A stretch of DNA of 58,440 bases from a virus (lineage: Duplodnaviria > Caudoviricetes): IMG/VR virus record IMGVR_UViG_3300009506_000035, positions 1 to 58,440 of that record; one strand, written 5' to 3'. Under the pieces are notes generated by a model that was given only the letters and a program-made list of their open reading frames with translations, was not told where the DNA came from and did not search any database. Shown here piece by piece: positions 1 through 9,558 of the stretch; position 1 is the stretch's first letter, and each line of letters begins with the position of its first letter. Made by a program: the position numbers and the translations under genes.

Positions 1-47
1 TGGTGTTCATCGATCCGGCCTTTCGTGGTGGTTGGGCTGGGTGGCGT

Positions 48-81
48 ACGGGACCGCCCCATCGGGGCGGTCCCGTTTTTT
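48..81 (+). terminator. Intrinsic terminator-like hairpin
   Basis: 13-bp stem ACGGGACCGCCCC/GGGGCGGTCCCGT, 3-nt loop, followed by a T run. Confidence 0.7.
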
Positions 82-134
82 GTTGCTGGGTCCTAGTCTA
101 GACCTGCCTGTCTGGTCCGTGGGTTGTCACGGGG

Positions 135-758
135 TTACTGCAAGAGTGCCGTGTCGGTTTTGGTGTAGGACCCTCGTGAGATCCACACATAGCCCGTGGT
201 GCCGTTGTGTTTGACCATGAACATTGTGGATTTGGCAACGTCGGTGCCAAATCCACTGATTGTCCCTGCGAAGGCCATGACTGGGTTGTTCCATTGGTCG
301 CATACCTGGACTACGGCTGCGGTGCCGACAAATTGGTCTTTGACTTTTCGCCATGCAAAGTTGACGAGCGGTACGCTACGGTCGTTGTTACTTATGCGCA
401 GTTTGGCGAATTGTTGTGAGTTGGCGAATAGCGCTCCTTGCGCACTGTCGGAGACATAGACGGTGGTGAATCCCACAGTCTTGATGATGCCACCGCCACA
501 GGACAGGGAGATCACTGAAGAGTCGCCGATCTTCTTTCCGTCTTCGTTGTACCGGTCGAACTCGGTGTCGCGCTGAAAGCCGAGACTGCGGCAATGCGCT
601 TGGTACACGAGTTGGCCGTCGGGTCCGAAGTTGTAGACGGTTCCGGGCGTTGCGCCGAGTGCGCGTCGGGCTGCTTCGATCGTGTTGGCGCCTTTGGCGC
701 AACTTGTGAGGGTCACAGCGCAAAGGATCGCGGCGGTAACGGTGATTAGCCTTTTCAT
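135..758 (-). CDS. Lipoprotein, DUF5052-like
   Basis: MKR + hydrophobic stretch + LTSC lipobox; RDTEFD..DSSVIS motif recalled from DUF5052. Confidence 0.6.
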   Translation of the reverse strand: MKRLITVTAAILCAVTLTSCAKGANTIEAARRALGATPGTVYNFGPDGQLVYQAHCRSLGFQRDTEFDRYNEDGKKIGDSSVISLSCGGGIIKTVGFTTVYVSDSAQGALFANSQQFAKLRISNNDRSVPLVNFAWRKVKDQFVGTAAVVQVCDQWNNPVMAFAGTISGFGTDVAKSTMFMVKHNGTTGYVWISRGSYTKTDTALLQ

Positions 759-771
759 GACATCCATTCAA

Positions 772-1125
772 TCATCGAGAGTGAGTGTCGTCGATTTCCC
801 ATAGGTGGAAGGTGGTCGAATGTACGTTGACCCATTCCTCCCTGGGCGGGAGGAGCATCGCAACGTGTACCTCGTTGGGGATGAATCGGTAACGCGCGTC
901 GACGATTTCCTCCCAGGTCGGATATCGGCCGGGCTGTGGTGGGTGGTCGTTGGTGCGGTGCGAGATGGACAGGTGCCACATTGGCCGCTCGAAGCGAGGC
1001 AGGTCGGGCTCGCGGCCGACGAATATGGTGAGGTGCCCGTCGCCTGTGTCGCGTTGGTAGGCGCGGGTACCGGGGTAGGCGGCGCGCATGATTTCGCCGG
1101 TTTTGACGCGGTGCCAGTTGGGCAT
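772..1125 (-). CDS. Conserved phage hypothetical protein
   Basis: HLSIS..RYPTWEEI..PP..EWVNVH..HLW motif; AAGGAG RBS before the ATG at 1125. Confidence 0.75.
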   Translation of the reverse strand: MPNWHRVKTGEIMRAAYPGTRAYQRDTGDGHLTIFVGREPDLPRFERPMWHLSISHRTNDHPPQPGRYPTWEEIVDARYRFIPNEVHVAMLLPPREEWVNVHSTTFHLWEIDDTHSR

Positions 1126-1153
1126 CAGGGTTCTCCTTGGTAACGGTGTGCCT

Positions 1154-1657
1154 CTAGACCAGCGGTGTGATGACGATCTGCGCGCCTGGTCGGTCGAGCG
1201 CCAACGGGTCCTCGCCAACGTAGACTTTGGCGAGGCGCCGATACTCGACAATCTGCGCGTCGTCTTTCCAAATAACGCCGGTGAGCGCGTCTTCGGTGCT
1301 GCGAGCCAGCTTCGACAAGTCTGGCGTGCTTGCCGGTCGAGTTGGTGCGCTGTCGCGCAACAGGTGCGCGTTGCGTCCGGTGCGGTAGTGATTTTTCGGT
1401 CTGGCTGCGCTGAACACCATCGTCACCGCGAGTGGTCCGCACAGCAAGTCGCGGGGCCCGCAGTGGTCGAGCCATCCTTGCGCCACGTTGCGGACGTCAT
1501 CACGCCAGAGTTTGATGTTTGCCTGTACCTGCTCTATGAGCATGGCTTTGCCTGTGCGGGGGTGGGTGAATGCGCGTTTGCTGCCTTGCGGTGCTGGCCT
1601 GCCGTACACCACAAACGTGATGGCTTCATTCGTGGTGGGAGGGACTGTCAGGGTCAC
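1154..1657 (-). CDS. rusA: RusA-like Holliday junction resolvase
   Basis: PAPQGSKR N-terminal motif; PDLSKLARSTEDAL...WKDDAQIV catalytic region. Confidence 0.9.
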   Translation of the reverse strand: MTLTVPPTTNEAITFVVYGRPAPQGSKRAFTHPRTGKAMLIEQVQANIKLWRDDVRNVAQGWLDHCGPRDLLCGPLAVTMVFSAARPKNHYRTGRNAHLLRDSAPTRPASTPDLSKLARSTEDALTGVIWKDDAQIVEYRRLAKVYVGEDPLALDRPGAQIVITPLV

Positions 1658-1934
1658 TGTCGGCCTCTTCTCCGTAGTAGTGTTCGGTGGCGGTTGTGTT
1701 GCCGCGGATGACGTCTAGTGGCAGGTGGCCAATGTGCCACATGCTGCAGTTGCCGCAGTGGTAGGGGCGTAGATGGCCGGGCATGTTTGCTGAGGCTCGG
1801 CGGGCTTGGCGGCGGTTGTGAAATCCTACTTTGCCGCATTCGCCAGCTGATGGGGGCGCGTCGCGTGACTTGTCGCGTTGGATTGCTGGGCGTCGCCAGC
1901 ACTGTTGCCGTTGTTTTGGTTTTTGTCTGGGCAA
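1626..1934 (-). CDS. Small Zn-binding phage protein
   Basis: CGKVGF...RPYHCGNCSMWHIGH motif. Confidence 0.65.
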   Translation of the reverse strand: MPRQKPKQRQQCWRRPAIQRDKSRDAPPSAGECGKVGFHNRRQARRASANMPGHLRPYHCGNCSMWHIGHLPLDVIRGNTTATEHYYGEEADSDPDSPSHHE

Positions 1935-2015
1935 CGGTTTTCCTTCAGGGTTTGGCCCGGCGTCCGTGCAAGGGGCGCAGTCTCGGACGGACGCCGGGAG
2001 TCTCGGATGGTTCCG

Positions 2016-2351
2016 TTAGCTGGATTTGCGCGTCGACAGAGCGTTTTTGATCCGCGACGCGCGTTGCCGCCAACGTTCGTCGACATCGACCGCGCGAAAT
2101 ATCAACCAGCCCGTAGCCATTGCCAGCTCGGAGACGGTGATGTAAGCGAGGTCAATGAGGTTGGTGTATGTGAAAATTCCTAAGACTCCGTACAATGTCC
2201 ACATTGGCCAGAAGAAGGGACGCAACTCGGCCCACACCCAGCGGGCGTGACGGTCCAGGGGCCGCCTGTAGACACGCGCGTGTAGCAACACCATGGATGC
2301 GGCCATCCAAACAGCAATGATCAGAACGGGAATTAGTCTCACAAAAATCAC
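2016..2351 (-). CDS. Membrane protein
   Basis: About 3 hydrophobic segments; GTG start overlaps the upstream stop (GTGA). Confidence 0.6.
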   Translation of the reverse strand: MIFVRLIPVLIIAVWMAASMVLLHARVYRRPLDRHARWVWAELRPFFWPMWTLYGVLGIFTYTNLIDLAYITVSELAMATGWLIFRAVDVDERWRQRASRIKNALSTRKSS

Positions 2352-3205
2352 GGCGTGTCCTCTCGCGGCATGGCCCGCTGTATCGGCCATTCACCATTGC
2401 AGTCGGGGGCATCTTTGCGGAGCTTGCCAGCTTTCCGCAGATAGCTGGTTAGGGATTTTTGCTGCTCGGCACGCCATTTGCGCTGCCAGCCGTGCAGCCT
2501 GCCGGGATCAGCGGCGCCTATGGCTTGCATCCGTTGGGCAGGCTCTTTCGGGTTGCGCCGTCCCCGTTCGTGTGCACCGTGTGCACCGCCACACCAGTAG
2601 AAGCCTTCCAGCTTCGGCAGGGGCCACTGGCCCATCAGTGCCATGCGGTACGCGATCCGCGCCGCGGCCAGTGCGTCCGCGGTCGCGTCGTGTGCCCCGT
2701 CGATACGTACGTCGTAGTGTTCGCACAGGTCGGTAAGCCGACGCCCTCCAGGACGATAGGGGTCGATGGCCTTGTCGAGAACGTACACATCCACCACGGG
2801 GCGGATGCCGCTGACGCGCTCGGTCAGGCTGGACATGTCGAGGTGCCGCAGGTTGCGATCAAGGATCGTGAAATCGTAGGCCCCGTTCATGACAACGATG
2901 GGACGCTCGGCGGCGATGTGTGTGGCGAGGAGTCCTGCGATTTCGTCACAGACCTCCCATAGGTCGCGGCCGTTACATTGCGCATGTTCGGTGGTGATGC
3001 CGTGCACCTGTGTGGCTTCGGCCGGTATGGCGATGCCGGGGTCTGCGAGCCATGTTTCGTGTTCGACCTTCCACGAATCGCCGGGAGTGATCACGGCGAT
3101 CGTGGCGGTGACGATCCGGTCGACCTCAACGTCAATGCCGGTCGTCTCCAAATCGAAGGCAACGAATGGCGCAGTCAGAAGGAACCTCACAGTGACTCCG
3201 ATCAT
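2348..3205 (-). CDS. DnaQ-like DEDDh 3'-5' exonuclease
   Basis: FDLETTG (ExoI), MNGAYDF (ExoII), AHDATADA (ExoIII); ATGA coupling at 3205. Confidence 0.92.
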   Translation of the reverse strand: MIGVTVRFLLTAPFVAFDLETTGIDVEVDRIVTATIAVITPGDSWKVEHETWLADPGIAIPAEATQVHGITTEHAQCNGRDLWEVCDEIAGLLATHIAAERPIVVMNGAYDFTILDRNLRHLDMSSLTERVSGIRPVVDVYVLDKAIDPYRPGGRRLTDLCEHYDVRIDGAHDATADALAAARIAYRMALMGQWPLPKLEGFYWCGGAHGAHERGRRNPKEPAQRMQAIGAADPGRLHGWQRKWRAEQQKSLTSYLRKAGKLRKDAPDCNGEWPIQRAMPREDTP

Positions 3206-4446
3206 TTGAGCAGTTCGAGAAATTCGGCTATGTCCCATCCTGTCGCGTCGCTGGGGTTGTTTGGCGCTTTATTGCCGTATTTTCCCCATAGCCATTGACT
3301 GAATTGCTCGGTCACCTTAGGTAGGTCCCATCCATGGCATTGGTACCCAGCCGTCAGGACCATTTGCCAGCAAGTCATCCGGTCGGGTTCTGTTTCTCCG
3401 GGGACGTCCTCTGCGGGCAGTGAAACGTCCACTGTACGCGGTGGGGGCGCCATATCTTCGCCGGCGGCCTGCTGGCGTAGTTCACCGCGCCGTTGCCACC
3501 AGACCTGTCGCAGCGCAGGGTTGCCTCGCACTGCATCCCATATCCTTGTGAGATAGTCCCAGTTTCCTGCGGCTATTGCGTCCGGGTCTGGCGTGACGGC
3601 TGTCGGCTCGTCTGGTTCTTCCGGCTGTTGCGGTGGTGCCGGATCGGGCGCGGCGATTGCAGCGCGTTCCGGAACTGGCGCGTCAAGAGCAACCGCCAGC
3701 GCGGCGGGCGTGGCGCCTAGTGCGCCACCCCCGACTGTCGGGATGACACCGGACAGGATATCGATGGTGGTCGCGTCGGCTAGCTCAATGACCACGACCG
3801 GGAACCGTTTGATTCTCCCGGCCACGACCCGCTCACGGGGGTCGATCCGTAGACGTACCCGTACGCCTACGTTTGCGCCTCCAGTTTTCGCAGCGATCGA
3901 CGCTTTGATCAAGTCGACCGTGGCGGTCAATTCCATGGCCGCATAGAATGACTTCGTATCGAGCCGCCAGTACCCTATGTCGGGCAGCCCAAGAAAGAAA
4001 TTGATGCGCGTCTGCGGCCGACACACCTTCGTAGGTGGCAGCAGATACCACTCTTCGCCATACTCAGCCCGACACAGGCACGACCTGCGGCTAAGCGTGT
4101 CAGTCTCGCCATCACAGCGACGTACACATCCGCCGCGGTTCCAAAGCTCATACGCCTGAGTGACTGAGTCACCAGGCGGCAGGACAGCGTCCAATGTGGG
4201 CGACTCAGTGATGAGACGATACTCGGGTCCTCCCTGGCCGAGAGGCTGCCATTGTTCGGCCGTGCCGCCATACCGCTCGGCGGCGGTGGTGAGGTAGGCA
4301 GGATTTGGTGACGTCAGGACAAAGGTCCGTGACCGGACAGGGCGCTGGGTTGTCTTTCCGTCTTTGGTGTATGGCTCGGAGTAGCCGATGCGGATCCGGC
4401 CAAGCTCGCGTAGTTGACGCTGCAGGGTGACGATGCGACTGCCCAC
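3202..4446 (-). CDS. Gp3-like (RDF-like) recombination protein
   Basis: LRELGRIRIG N-terminus, CVRRCDG and CLC...C motifs, WRLDTKS; paired with an exonuclease. Confidence 0.75.
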   Translation of the reverse strand: MGSRIVTLQRQLRELGRIRIGYSEPYTKDGKTTQRPVRSRTFVLTSPNPAYLTTAAERYGGTAEQWQPLGQGGPEYRLITESPTLDAVLPPGDSVTQAYELWNRGGCVRRCDGETDTLSRRSCLCRAEYGEEWYLLPPTKVCRPQTRINFFLGLPDIGYWRLDTKSFYAAMELTATVDLIKASIAAKTGGANVGVRVRLRIDPRERVVAGRIKRFPVVVIELADATTIDILSGVIPTVGGGALGATPAALAVALDAPVPERAAIAAPDPAPPQQPEEPDEPTAVTPDPDAIAAGNWDYLTRIWDAVRGNPALRQVWWQRRGELRQQAAGEDMAPPPRTVDVSLPAEDVPGETEPDRMTCWQMVLTAGYQCHGWDLPKVTEQFSQWLWGKYGNKAPNNPSDATGWDIAEFLELLK

Positions 4447-4467
4447 GGTGTGGCCTTTCAGTGGTGG

Positions 4468-5670
4468 TTAGAACGGTATGTCATCGCTTGGTGGTGCTGC
4501 GGTGGGTGTCCGCATAGATGCGAGGGTAGCTGATTGGCGCCGGCCGACCTCGGCGATATTCAGGCTGTCGGGCAAGGACGGCTGTTTTGGTTGTCCTGAC
4601 GTCTTTTTCGCTGGCGCACGCTTCGCGGTGGCCTTGGTGGTCTTGGTGGCCTTAGCTGGTTTCGACGACTTCGCGGACGCGTCTACATCCACCCCAGCCA
4701 CGGACACCGCTTTCCGCGCGCGTCCAGCGGCCAGGACAGCACGACGGTGCTGCGGCGCCGCCAGCGGCGATACCTCAGCGGTCGACTCGGTCGCCATCCA
4801 CTCCGCCAGCCCGCCGGCGAGCAGGAACGCATCGAATGCGTCCTCATGGTTACGCGTCGGGCGAAGCGTGTAGCCGTGAGGACGCAACTGCAGCACCGCA
4901 GCGGCATGGATGGTCGGCATGGGCAACTCGGTCCCATCGGGCAGCATGACTGCCTCCCCGCGTGCGTAGGCAGCCAGCTGCAGCCCATGCTCGGGATACA
5001 CCTTCGGGGTGATTTCATCCTCTTCGCGGTCGCGCGTTTTGTAGTCGACCAGCAGGTGCAATTCGTCCACGCCGTGATCAGCGCACAGTCCTGCGGCTAG
5101 GTCGGTTGTTGGCCGGACTGTGACAATCGTGTCCAAGGTTCCCGCGTAATTGTGGGTGCGGTTGATGACGGTCGCTTCGGTCATCTCCCACGAGTCGGGG
5201 GTCAGTCCGTAGTCGGCTACCCACTGGAGAAACTGGGCCACATATGGTGCGGCGTCGACGGTGTGTGGCCGGATGAATCCGTCGTCGAGTACCCACTGGC
5301 GGATTACGTCGTGGACTTCGCTGCCCTCGTGTTTGCGCTGCTCTGAGCGGTCATTGTGGCGGTTTGTGAGCCACCACACTGCGCATGTGGGGCAGTCTTT
5401 GCAGGGGCACCGTGGGCAGCGTTCTTGCCAATGGTGGGAGCATCGGTTTCCAGTGTTCCCACACGGTGGTTTCATGGTGGTGTTGATCAGCCAGGGCAGG
5501 TTATCCAGCGCCGCCTGGGCGGCTAGTCGCGCAGCCCACACTTTGAGCGCCGGTTTGTCGATGATCCCCAGGCAGCTGGTCACTGATACGAACTGCTCGC
5601 CGGTGACGGGGTGCGGGTAGACGCGTTGTCCCGTGGTGGCGGTGGTGGTGGCGGCTGGTCCGGTGGTCAT
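4468..5670 (-). CDS. PD-(D/E)XK (RecB/Cas4-like) phage exonuclease
   Basis: SVTS..DKPAL..W, YAGTLD, VDYKT, QLAAY motifs. Confidence 0.88.
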   Translation of the reverse strand: MTTGPAATTTATTGQRVYPHPVTGEQFVSVTSCLGIIDKPALKVWAARLAAQAALDNLPWLINTTMKPPCGNTGNRCSHHWQERCPRCPCKDCPTCAVWWLTNRHNDRSEQRKHEGSEVHDVIRQWVLDDGFIRPHTVDAAPYVAQFLQWVADYGLTPDSWEMTEATVINRTHNYAGTLDTIVTVRPTTDLAAGLCADHGVDELHLLVDYKTRDREEDEITPKVYPEHGLQLAAYARGEAVMLPDGTELPMPTIHAAAVLQLRPHGYTLRPTRNHEDAFDAFLLAGGLAEWMATESTAEVSPLAAPQHRRAVLAAGRARKAVSVAGVDVDASAKSSKPAKATKTTKATAKRAPAKKTSGQPKQPSLPDSLNIAEVGRRQSATLASMRTPTAAPPSDDIPF

Positions 5671-6059
5671 GGAAGGTCACCTATGTTTGCTGGGTCTAGC
5701 CACGTACGCACAATAGGGATGATGTGCGTTGCCGAACTCGCGTCGCCATTACCGGTGCGGCGATGCGTCATGCAGTGCCGAGCTAGGCAACTGCCGTCGG
5801 GGCGAGGCTCGTGGTCGCACCAGCTGTGGACAGGCGTATGGGTGCTGTCAGCCTTAGAGCCGTCCTCCAGCCGCTTACATAAGCGTGCAATTGTCATGTC
5901 ACGGGACTGGATGGCGCCTCGCGCGGCGGCGTCGAGTTGCGCGAGGTGCGCCTCGAGCTCGGCGATTCGGGCGTTGGCCATGTCGAGCTGCTGGCGCAGT
6001 GTCCCCTGTCGTAGTGATCGATCCTGCTGGGGTGTGTGGCCCCGTCTGCCAATGATCAC
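5667..6059 (-). CDS. Hypothetical coiled-coil/Cys-His protein
   Basis: GTGA coupling to the XRE gene; heptad segment LRQQLDMANARIAELEAHL. Confidence 0.55.
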   Translation of the reverse strand: MIIGRRGHTPQQDRSLRQGTLRQQLDMANARIAELEAHLAQLDAAARGAIQSRDMTIARLCKRLEDGSKADSTHTPVHSWCDHEPRPDGSCLARHCMTHRRTGNGDASSATHIIPIVRTWLDPANIGDLP

Positions 6060-6484
6060 GCGTCCTCCGTCGGGTGATGTGCATGATCGGTGTGTGGAGT
6101 GGTGGCGTCGAGATGGTCTATCGCCCGTTTCGCGGCACCAGGCACTCGCCGTGGTAGGCGTGGACGAGGTTGAGGGCTTGGGTCGGGGCTGGTTGGCTTC
6201 GGATTGTCGGGCCATGTGGTCACTTGTTGTCTGCCCTCCAAAATGTGATCAGATGTGTTGGTCCTTAGTCGTTGTCCCTCAAGCAGCCACCCATGAGGCA
6301 TCGAGAGAGCGTCAGCCAACGCCACTGCATCAGACAGGCGCAGCTCCTGACCTAGGCGCACCACACGGTAGATCCACCCGCGGCTCTTGCCCAGCATGAG
6401 TGCCAGTTGGCGCTGTGAGATGCCCAGGTGGGTCATCCTGGCCCGTATCGCCTCCTGCGTGTATGTAGCTGTCACGCCGACCAT
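6056..6484 (-). CDS. XRE-family HTH regulator (Cro/repressor-like)
   Basis: IRARMTHLGISQRQLALMLGKSRGWIYR HTH; heads the early operon. Confidence 0.8.
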   Translation of the reverse strand: MVGVTATYTQEAIRARMTHLGISQRQLALMLGKSRGWIYRVVRLGQELRLSDAVALADALSMPHGWLLEGQRLRTNTSDHILEGRQQVTTWPDNPKPTSPDPSPQPRPRLPRRVPGAAKRAIDHLDATTPHTDHAHHPTEDA

Positions 6485-6522
6485 GACAGCATGTCACGGC
6501 CAGCGTGTCAACATTCGTTGGA

Positions 6523-7302
6523 TTACGCCTCGAACGGCCCCGAAAATGTACGCATCGTAAGCCCCGCCGGAAACACCGTGTAAGCCACCTCTATCACCAC
6601 TCCGCTACGGCTAACGGAGATTTGGGCGCTTTCTAACACCGGCTGATGTGCCGCGACTCCCAGTCGCCGACACTCAGCGCCATCTACGGCCAGTCTCGCG
6701 ACGATCCGCTCGATGGTGCGCTCGATCGGGTGCCCTAGGTGCTGCAGCACTTTGATCGATCCCTCTGGGATGTCCGCAGGTGACACCAGCGGTGTGTCGG
6801 CAACCAGGTCATACGGGTGCAGCGAATCGACGCAGGAGTGGAGTTGAGTCCCGTTGAAACGATCGCGCCGTCGGGCGAGTACCTGGGTCCCCTCCGGCAC
6901 TCGCAGCAGATCGGCAACATCTCCAGTCGCGTCGCACTGCTCGATCCAGATCATTTCAGACGGTGTGCCTCCCGCCGCCCTGATCATGCGGGACCACATG
7001 TCTTCCGTAGGCGCCGCGTGGGCATACTCGGCGTTGCCCATGAGGTAAACCATATGTGACGGTATGTCCGCCACGTAGTGCCCACTCCGACGCCCCACCT
7101 TGTGCGCCGGACGCGCGAGCAGTCCCTCATTGGTGAGTAGTTGGAGCGCCTGCCGCACGGTCGAACGTGCCACGCCGTGCCGTTTGCACAACGTGCTTTC
7201 GCTGGGCAGCCTTTCGCTCGGCGCTAGCGTGCCCTCCATGATCTGCATGCGCAGAGCGTCAGCTATTTGCTGGTAGAGGGGTCGGTTGTTGTGGTCAGGC
7301 AT
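6523..7302 (-). CDS. GntR (HutC/UTRA) repressor, KorSA/TraR-like
   Basis: PLYQQIA..LPSE..VARSTVRQAL wHTH plus UTRA-like C-terminus; divergent from the spd/tra operon. Confidence 0.88.
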   Translation of the reverse strand: MPDHNNRPLYQQIADALRMQIMEGTLAPSERLPSESTLCKRHGVARSTVRQALQLLTNEGLLARPAHKVGRRSGHYVADIPSHMVYLMGNAEYAHAAPTEDMWSRMIRAAGGTPSEMIWIEQCDATGDVADLLRVPEGTQVLARRRDRFNGTQLHSCVDSLHPYDLVADTPLVSPADIPEGSIKVLQHLGHPIERTIERIVARLAVDGAECRRLGVAAHQPVLESAQISVSRSGVVIEVAYTVFPAGLTMRTFSGPFEA

Positions 7303-7435
7303 GTGATCTCTTGTCCTTTCGGTCGGGCGAGGGGTGGCCCGATAGCCCGTAACTGTAGGTGTATCAGGTAGACACTGCTATGCTGTCCGAACCTGTGTGT
7401 ACAGGTCCAGACAAGCCAAGCATAGAAGGTCCAAC

Positions 7436-8647
7436 ATGAGCAGTCCACCACCCCTAGGTACCCAAAACACCCAAGATGCAACTTGCACAGTAAACGGCCA
7501 CGCCGCCGGGCACCTGCTACCAGCGGCAGTAGTACCTGCCATACCTCCAACCAGCAGGGCACCGACCGCACCCTCCCCAACGCGCGACACCGAAACCGAA
7601 CCAAAGCCAGACGACAGGACCGAAAACGGTCCACTCCGCAAAATCGTCTCCGTTGCCACCGTCACCGGCCTCAGCATCGTGTTTTTTGGACCCATCGGCC
7701 TAACCAGCCAGCAACTCGTCCGCTGGGGTGCTGACCCCAACGGACTCGGGCTGCCCGGCTACTGGCCGTTGCTGGTCCCCACCGCAGTCGACCTGTCCGC
7801 ACTGGTCTGCATCGGCATGACCGTAGCCGCAGCATTCCGCCGCGACCCCCCCGGCATCTTCGGAGTCCTCGTTTGGACATTCGCGCTCGCCGGCGCCTAC
7901 GTCCAATACGCCAACGGCCAACACGAACGCGCCGCCGGAGGTGCACAAGACGCGTGGTGGGCCATGCCAGCCATGTCCCTGCTCGGTCCCGCGCTATTGC
8001 ACTTCGCGCTCCACCGCCTACGCCGCTGGTGGCGAGAGGACAACGAGGAGGTACTCACCGGTGCCGCTGGTTTTGGTGTCCGCTGGGCCGTAGCGCCTGT
8101 CTCAACCCTGCGGGCATGGGCAGCCTCGCGACGTATGGGCATCACTCGCGCGCAAGACGCGATCGCTTATGTAGCTGAGCGTGACTATCTGCGTACGATT
8201 ATTCATGGGAGTGGAATCGGACGGCACAAGCCAACCCCGACAGGCCGAGCCGACGCGCTGCGCTACGCGTTTCGCGCACTCGATGTCGTCGACGTCAACG
8301 CCGCGATCAGATGGCTATTCGCCCGCGGGGTGACCGTGACCGAAACGGACATCATCCAGGCCACCGACTCAACCTCGGCCAAAACGATCCAGAACCGTCT
8401 GCCACCCGCAGGCCGAACCGAAACCGAAATGCGGACCGAACCAAAACCGGCCGCCGACCGACACGTAGCCGAACTGAAGAAGTGCCGGACGAAAAGCGCG
8501 CGGGCCCGCTACGCGATCCAAGTCGCCAAGGCGCGGGGGCGTCCGCTGACACCGAAGACCGTGACGGACTTCCTGTCCGAATACGGCTACCAAGTGTCTC
8601 CGTCTGAGCTGACGCGGATCTTGCGAGAAGGATCGAGCACCCAATGA
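7436..8647 (+). CDS. DUF2637-like Spd-type membrane protein
   Basis: About 4 TM segments (LLVPTAVDL..), RW..AP..T..AW motif, C-terminal HTH-like segment; RBS AGAAGG. Confidence 0.7.
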   Translation: MSSPPPLGTQNTQDATCTVNGHAAGHLLPAAVVPAIPPTSRAPTAPSPTRDTETEPKPDDRTENGPLRKIVSVATVTGLSIVFFGPIGLTSQQLVRWGADPNGLGLPGYWPLLVPTAVDLSALVCIGMTVAAAFRRDPPGIFGVLVWTFALAGAYVQYANGQHERAAGGAQDAWWAMPAMSLLGPALLHFALHRLRRWWREDNEEVLTGAAGFGVRWAVAPVSTLRAWAASRRMGITRAQDAIAYVAERDYLRTIIHGSGIGRHKPTPTGRADALRYAFRALDVVDVNAAIRWLFARGVTVTETDIIQATDSTSAKTIQNRLPPAGRTETEMRTEPKPAADRHVAELKKCRTKSARARYAIQVAKARGRPLTPKTVTDFLSEYGYQVSPSELTRILREGSSTQ

Positions 8648-8910
8648 CCGAAAACGACACCACGCGTCTCTACCTCATACGTGTCATGCGAGAGCAACGG
8701 CAGAAATGGGGCCGCACGGAGACCGTCGAGCTGTTCTCCGGTGAAGAGATCGGACTGGCACTCAACTTCGCCACGGACGCGCGTAACGCCGCCGCCAAGC
8801 TCGATCTCCTGCTCTTTGACCAGGCACAACGCGCTGGCGTATCGGTGAGGCAATGCTGGCTCGCTGTGCGCACGCAGGACGGGGCGCTGCGGTTTCGGTG
8901 GTGCCCGTGA
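8644..8910 (+). CDS. Hypothetical protein (transfer operon)
   Basis: ATGA-coupled ORF. Confidence 0.6.
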   Translation: MTENDTTRLYLIRVMREQRQKWGRTETVELFSGEEIGLALNFATDARNAAAKLDLLLFDQAQRAGVSVRQCWLAVRTQDGALRFRWCP

Positions 8911-9101
8911 ACCGGCAGACAAAACGTCGCCGACGCCGTGACCTGCTACTACACCAACGGCTGGCCGACGCCGCGACGCCGCGACGACGTCTACAAGCCG
9001 CATGTGACCACCTCGTGGCCGTATGCGCAGACCTAGGAGAGGAGCGCACGACGACCGCCGTCAGCGAGGTGCTCGGCCTCGCGGAAAGGATCCAGACATG
9101 A
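8907..9101 (+). CDS. Hypothetical protein (transfer operon)
   Basis: GTGA/ATGA-coupled on both sides. Confidence 0.6.
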   Translation: MNRQTKRRRRRDLLLHQRLADAATPRRRLQAACDHLVAVCADLGEERTTTAVSEVLGLAERIQT

Positions 9102-9556
9102 CCACTGACACGGTGCCGCACCCCAGTACTAACAACCACATCCCGCAAATGCCGCCACCGCCGGATGCCTGGGACAGCCCGCCTACGCGCGTATCCGCGC
9201 GCGCGAGAGTAACTACCACCCACGCGTTGCGTCTAGCCCGGCTGGCCACGGCGGCGAGGACCGCCTGCCTGCAGTGGTGGGTGTGGGTGGCGAGGCCGCC
9301 GTCGCTGCGTGCGGTGTGGCGGATGTCGGCCGTGGACCGCACGCGTGTGCCTGCAGAGTCGCGGGCGCTGCTCATCGCGTGGCATTGGAGTAACGCGACC
9401 GATCGTTTGATCTTGTTTGGTTTGCTGCTCATCGCGCCCACGGTGGTTGCCGGCCCGCTGCGGTGGATCACGGCTCGGCCCACGCGTCGGTGGGCCGTTT
9501 ACGGACTCTTCGGAGTCGTTTCGGTCGCGTTTCGGATTGCTTCGGAAAGGAGCTGA
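9098..9556 (+). CDS. Spd-like membrane protein
   Basis: PPSL motif followed by 2 TM segments; coupled start. Confidence 0.6.
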   Translation: MTTDTVPHPSTNNHIPQMPPPPDAWDSPPTRVSARARVTTTHALRLARLATAARTACLQWWVWVARPPSLRAVWRMSAVDRTRVPAESRALLIAWHWSNATDRLILFGLLLIAPTVVAGPLRWITARPTRRWAVYGLFGVVSVAFRIASERS

Positions 9557-9558
9557 TC

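Noticed and set aside
4468-5670. Cas4-like nuclease as a sign of CRISPR
   Set aside because: No repeat-spacer array or other cas genes seen; the context is a phage recombination pair
7585-8660. ACCGAA repeats in the spd-like gene as clt
   Set aside because: Explained by Thr-Glu codons (TETEPKP); too scattered to call
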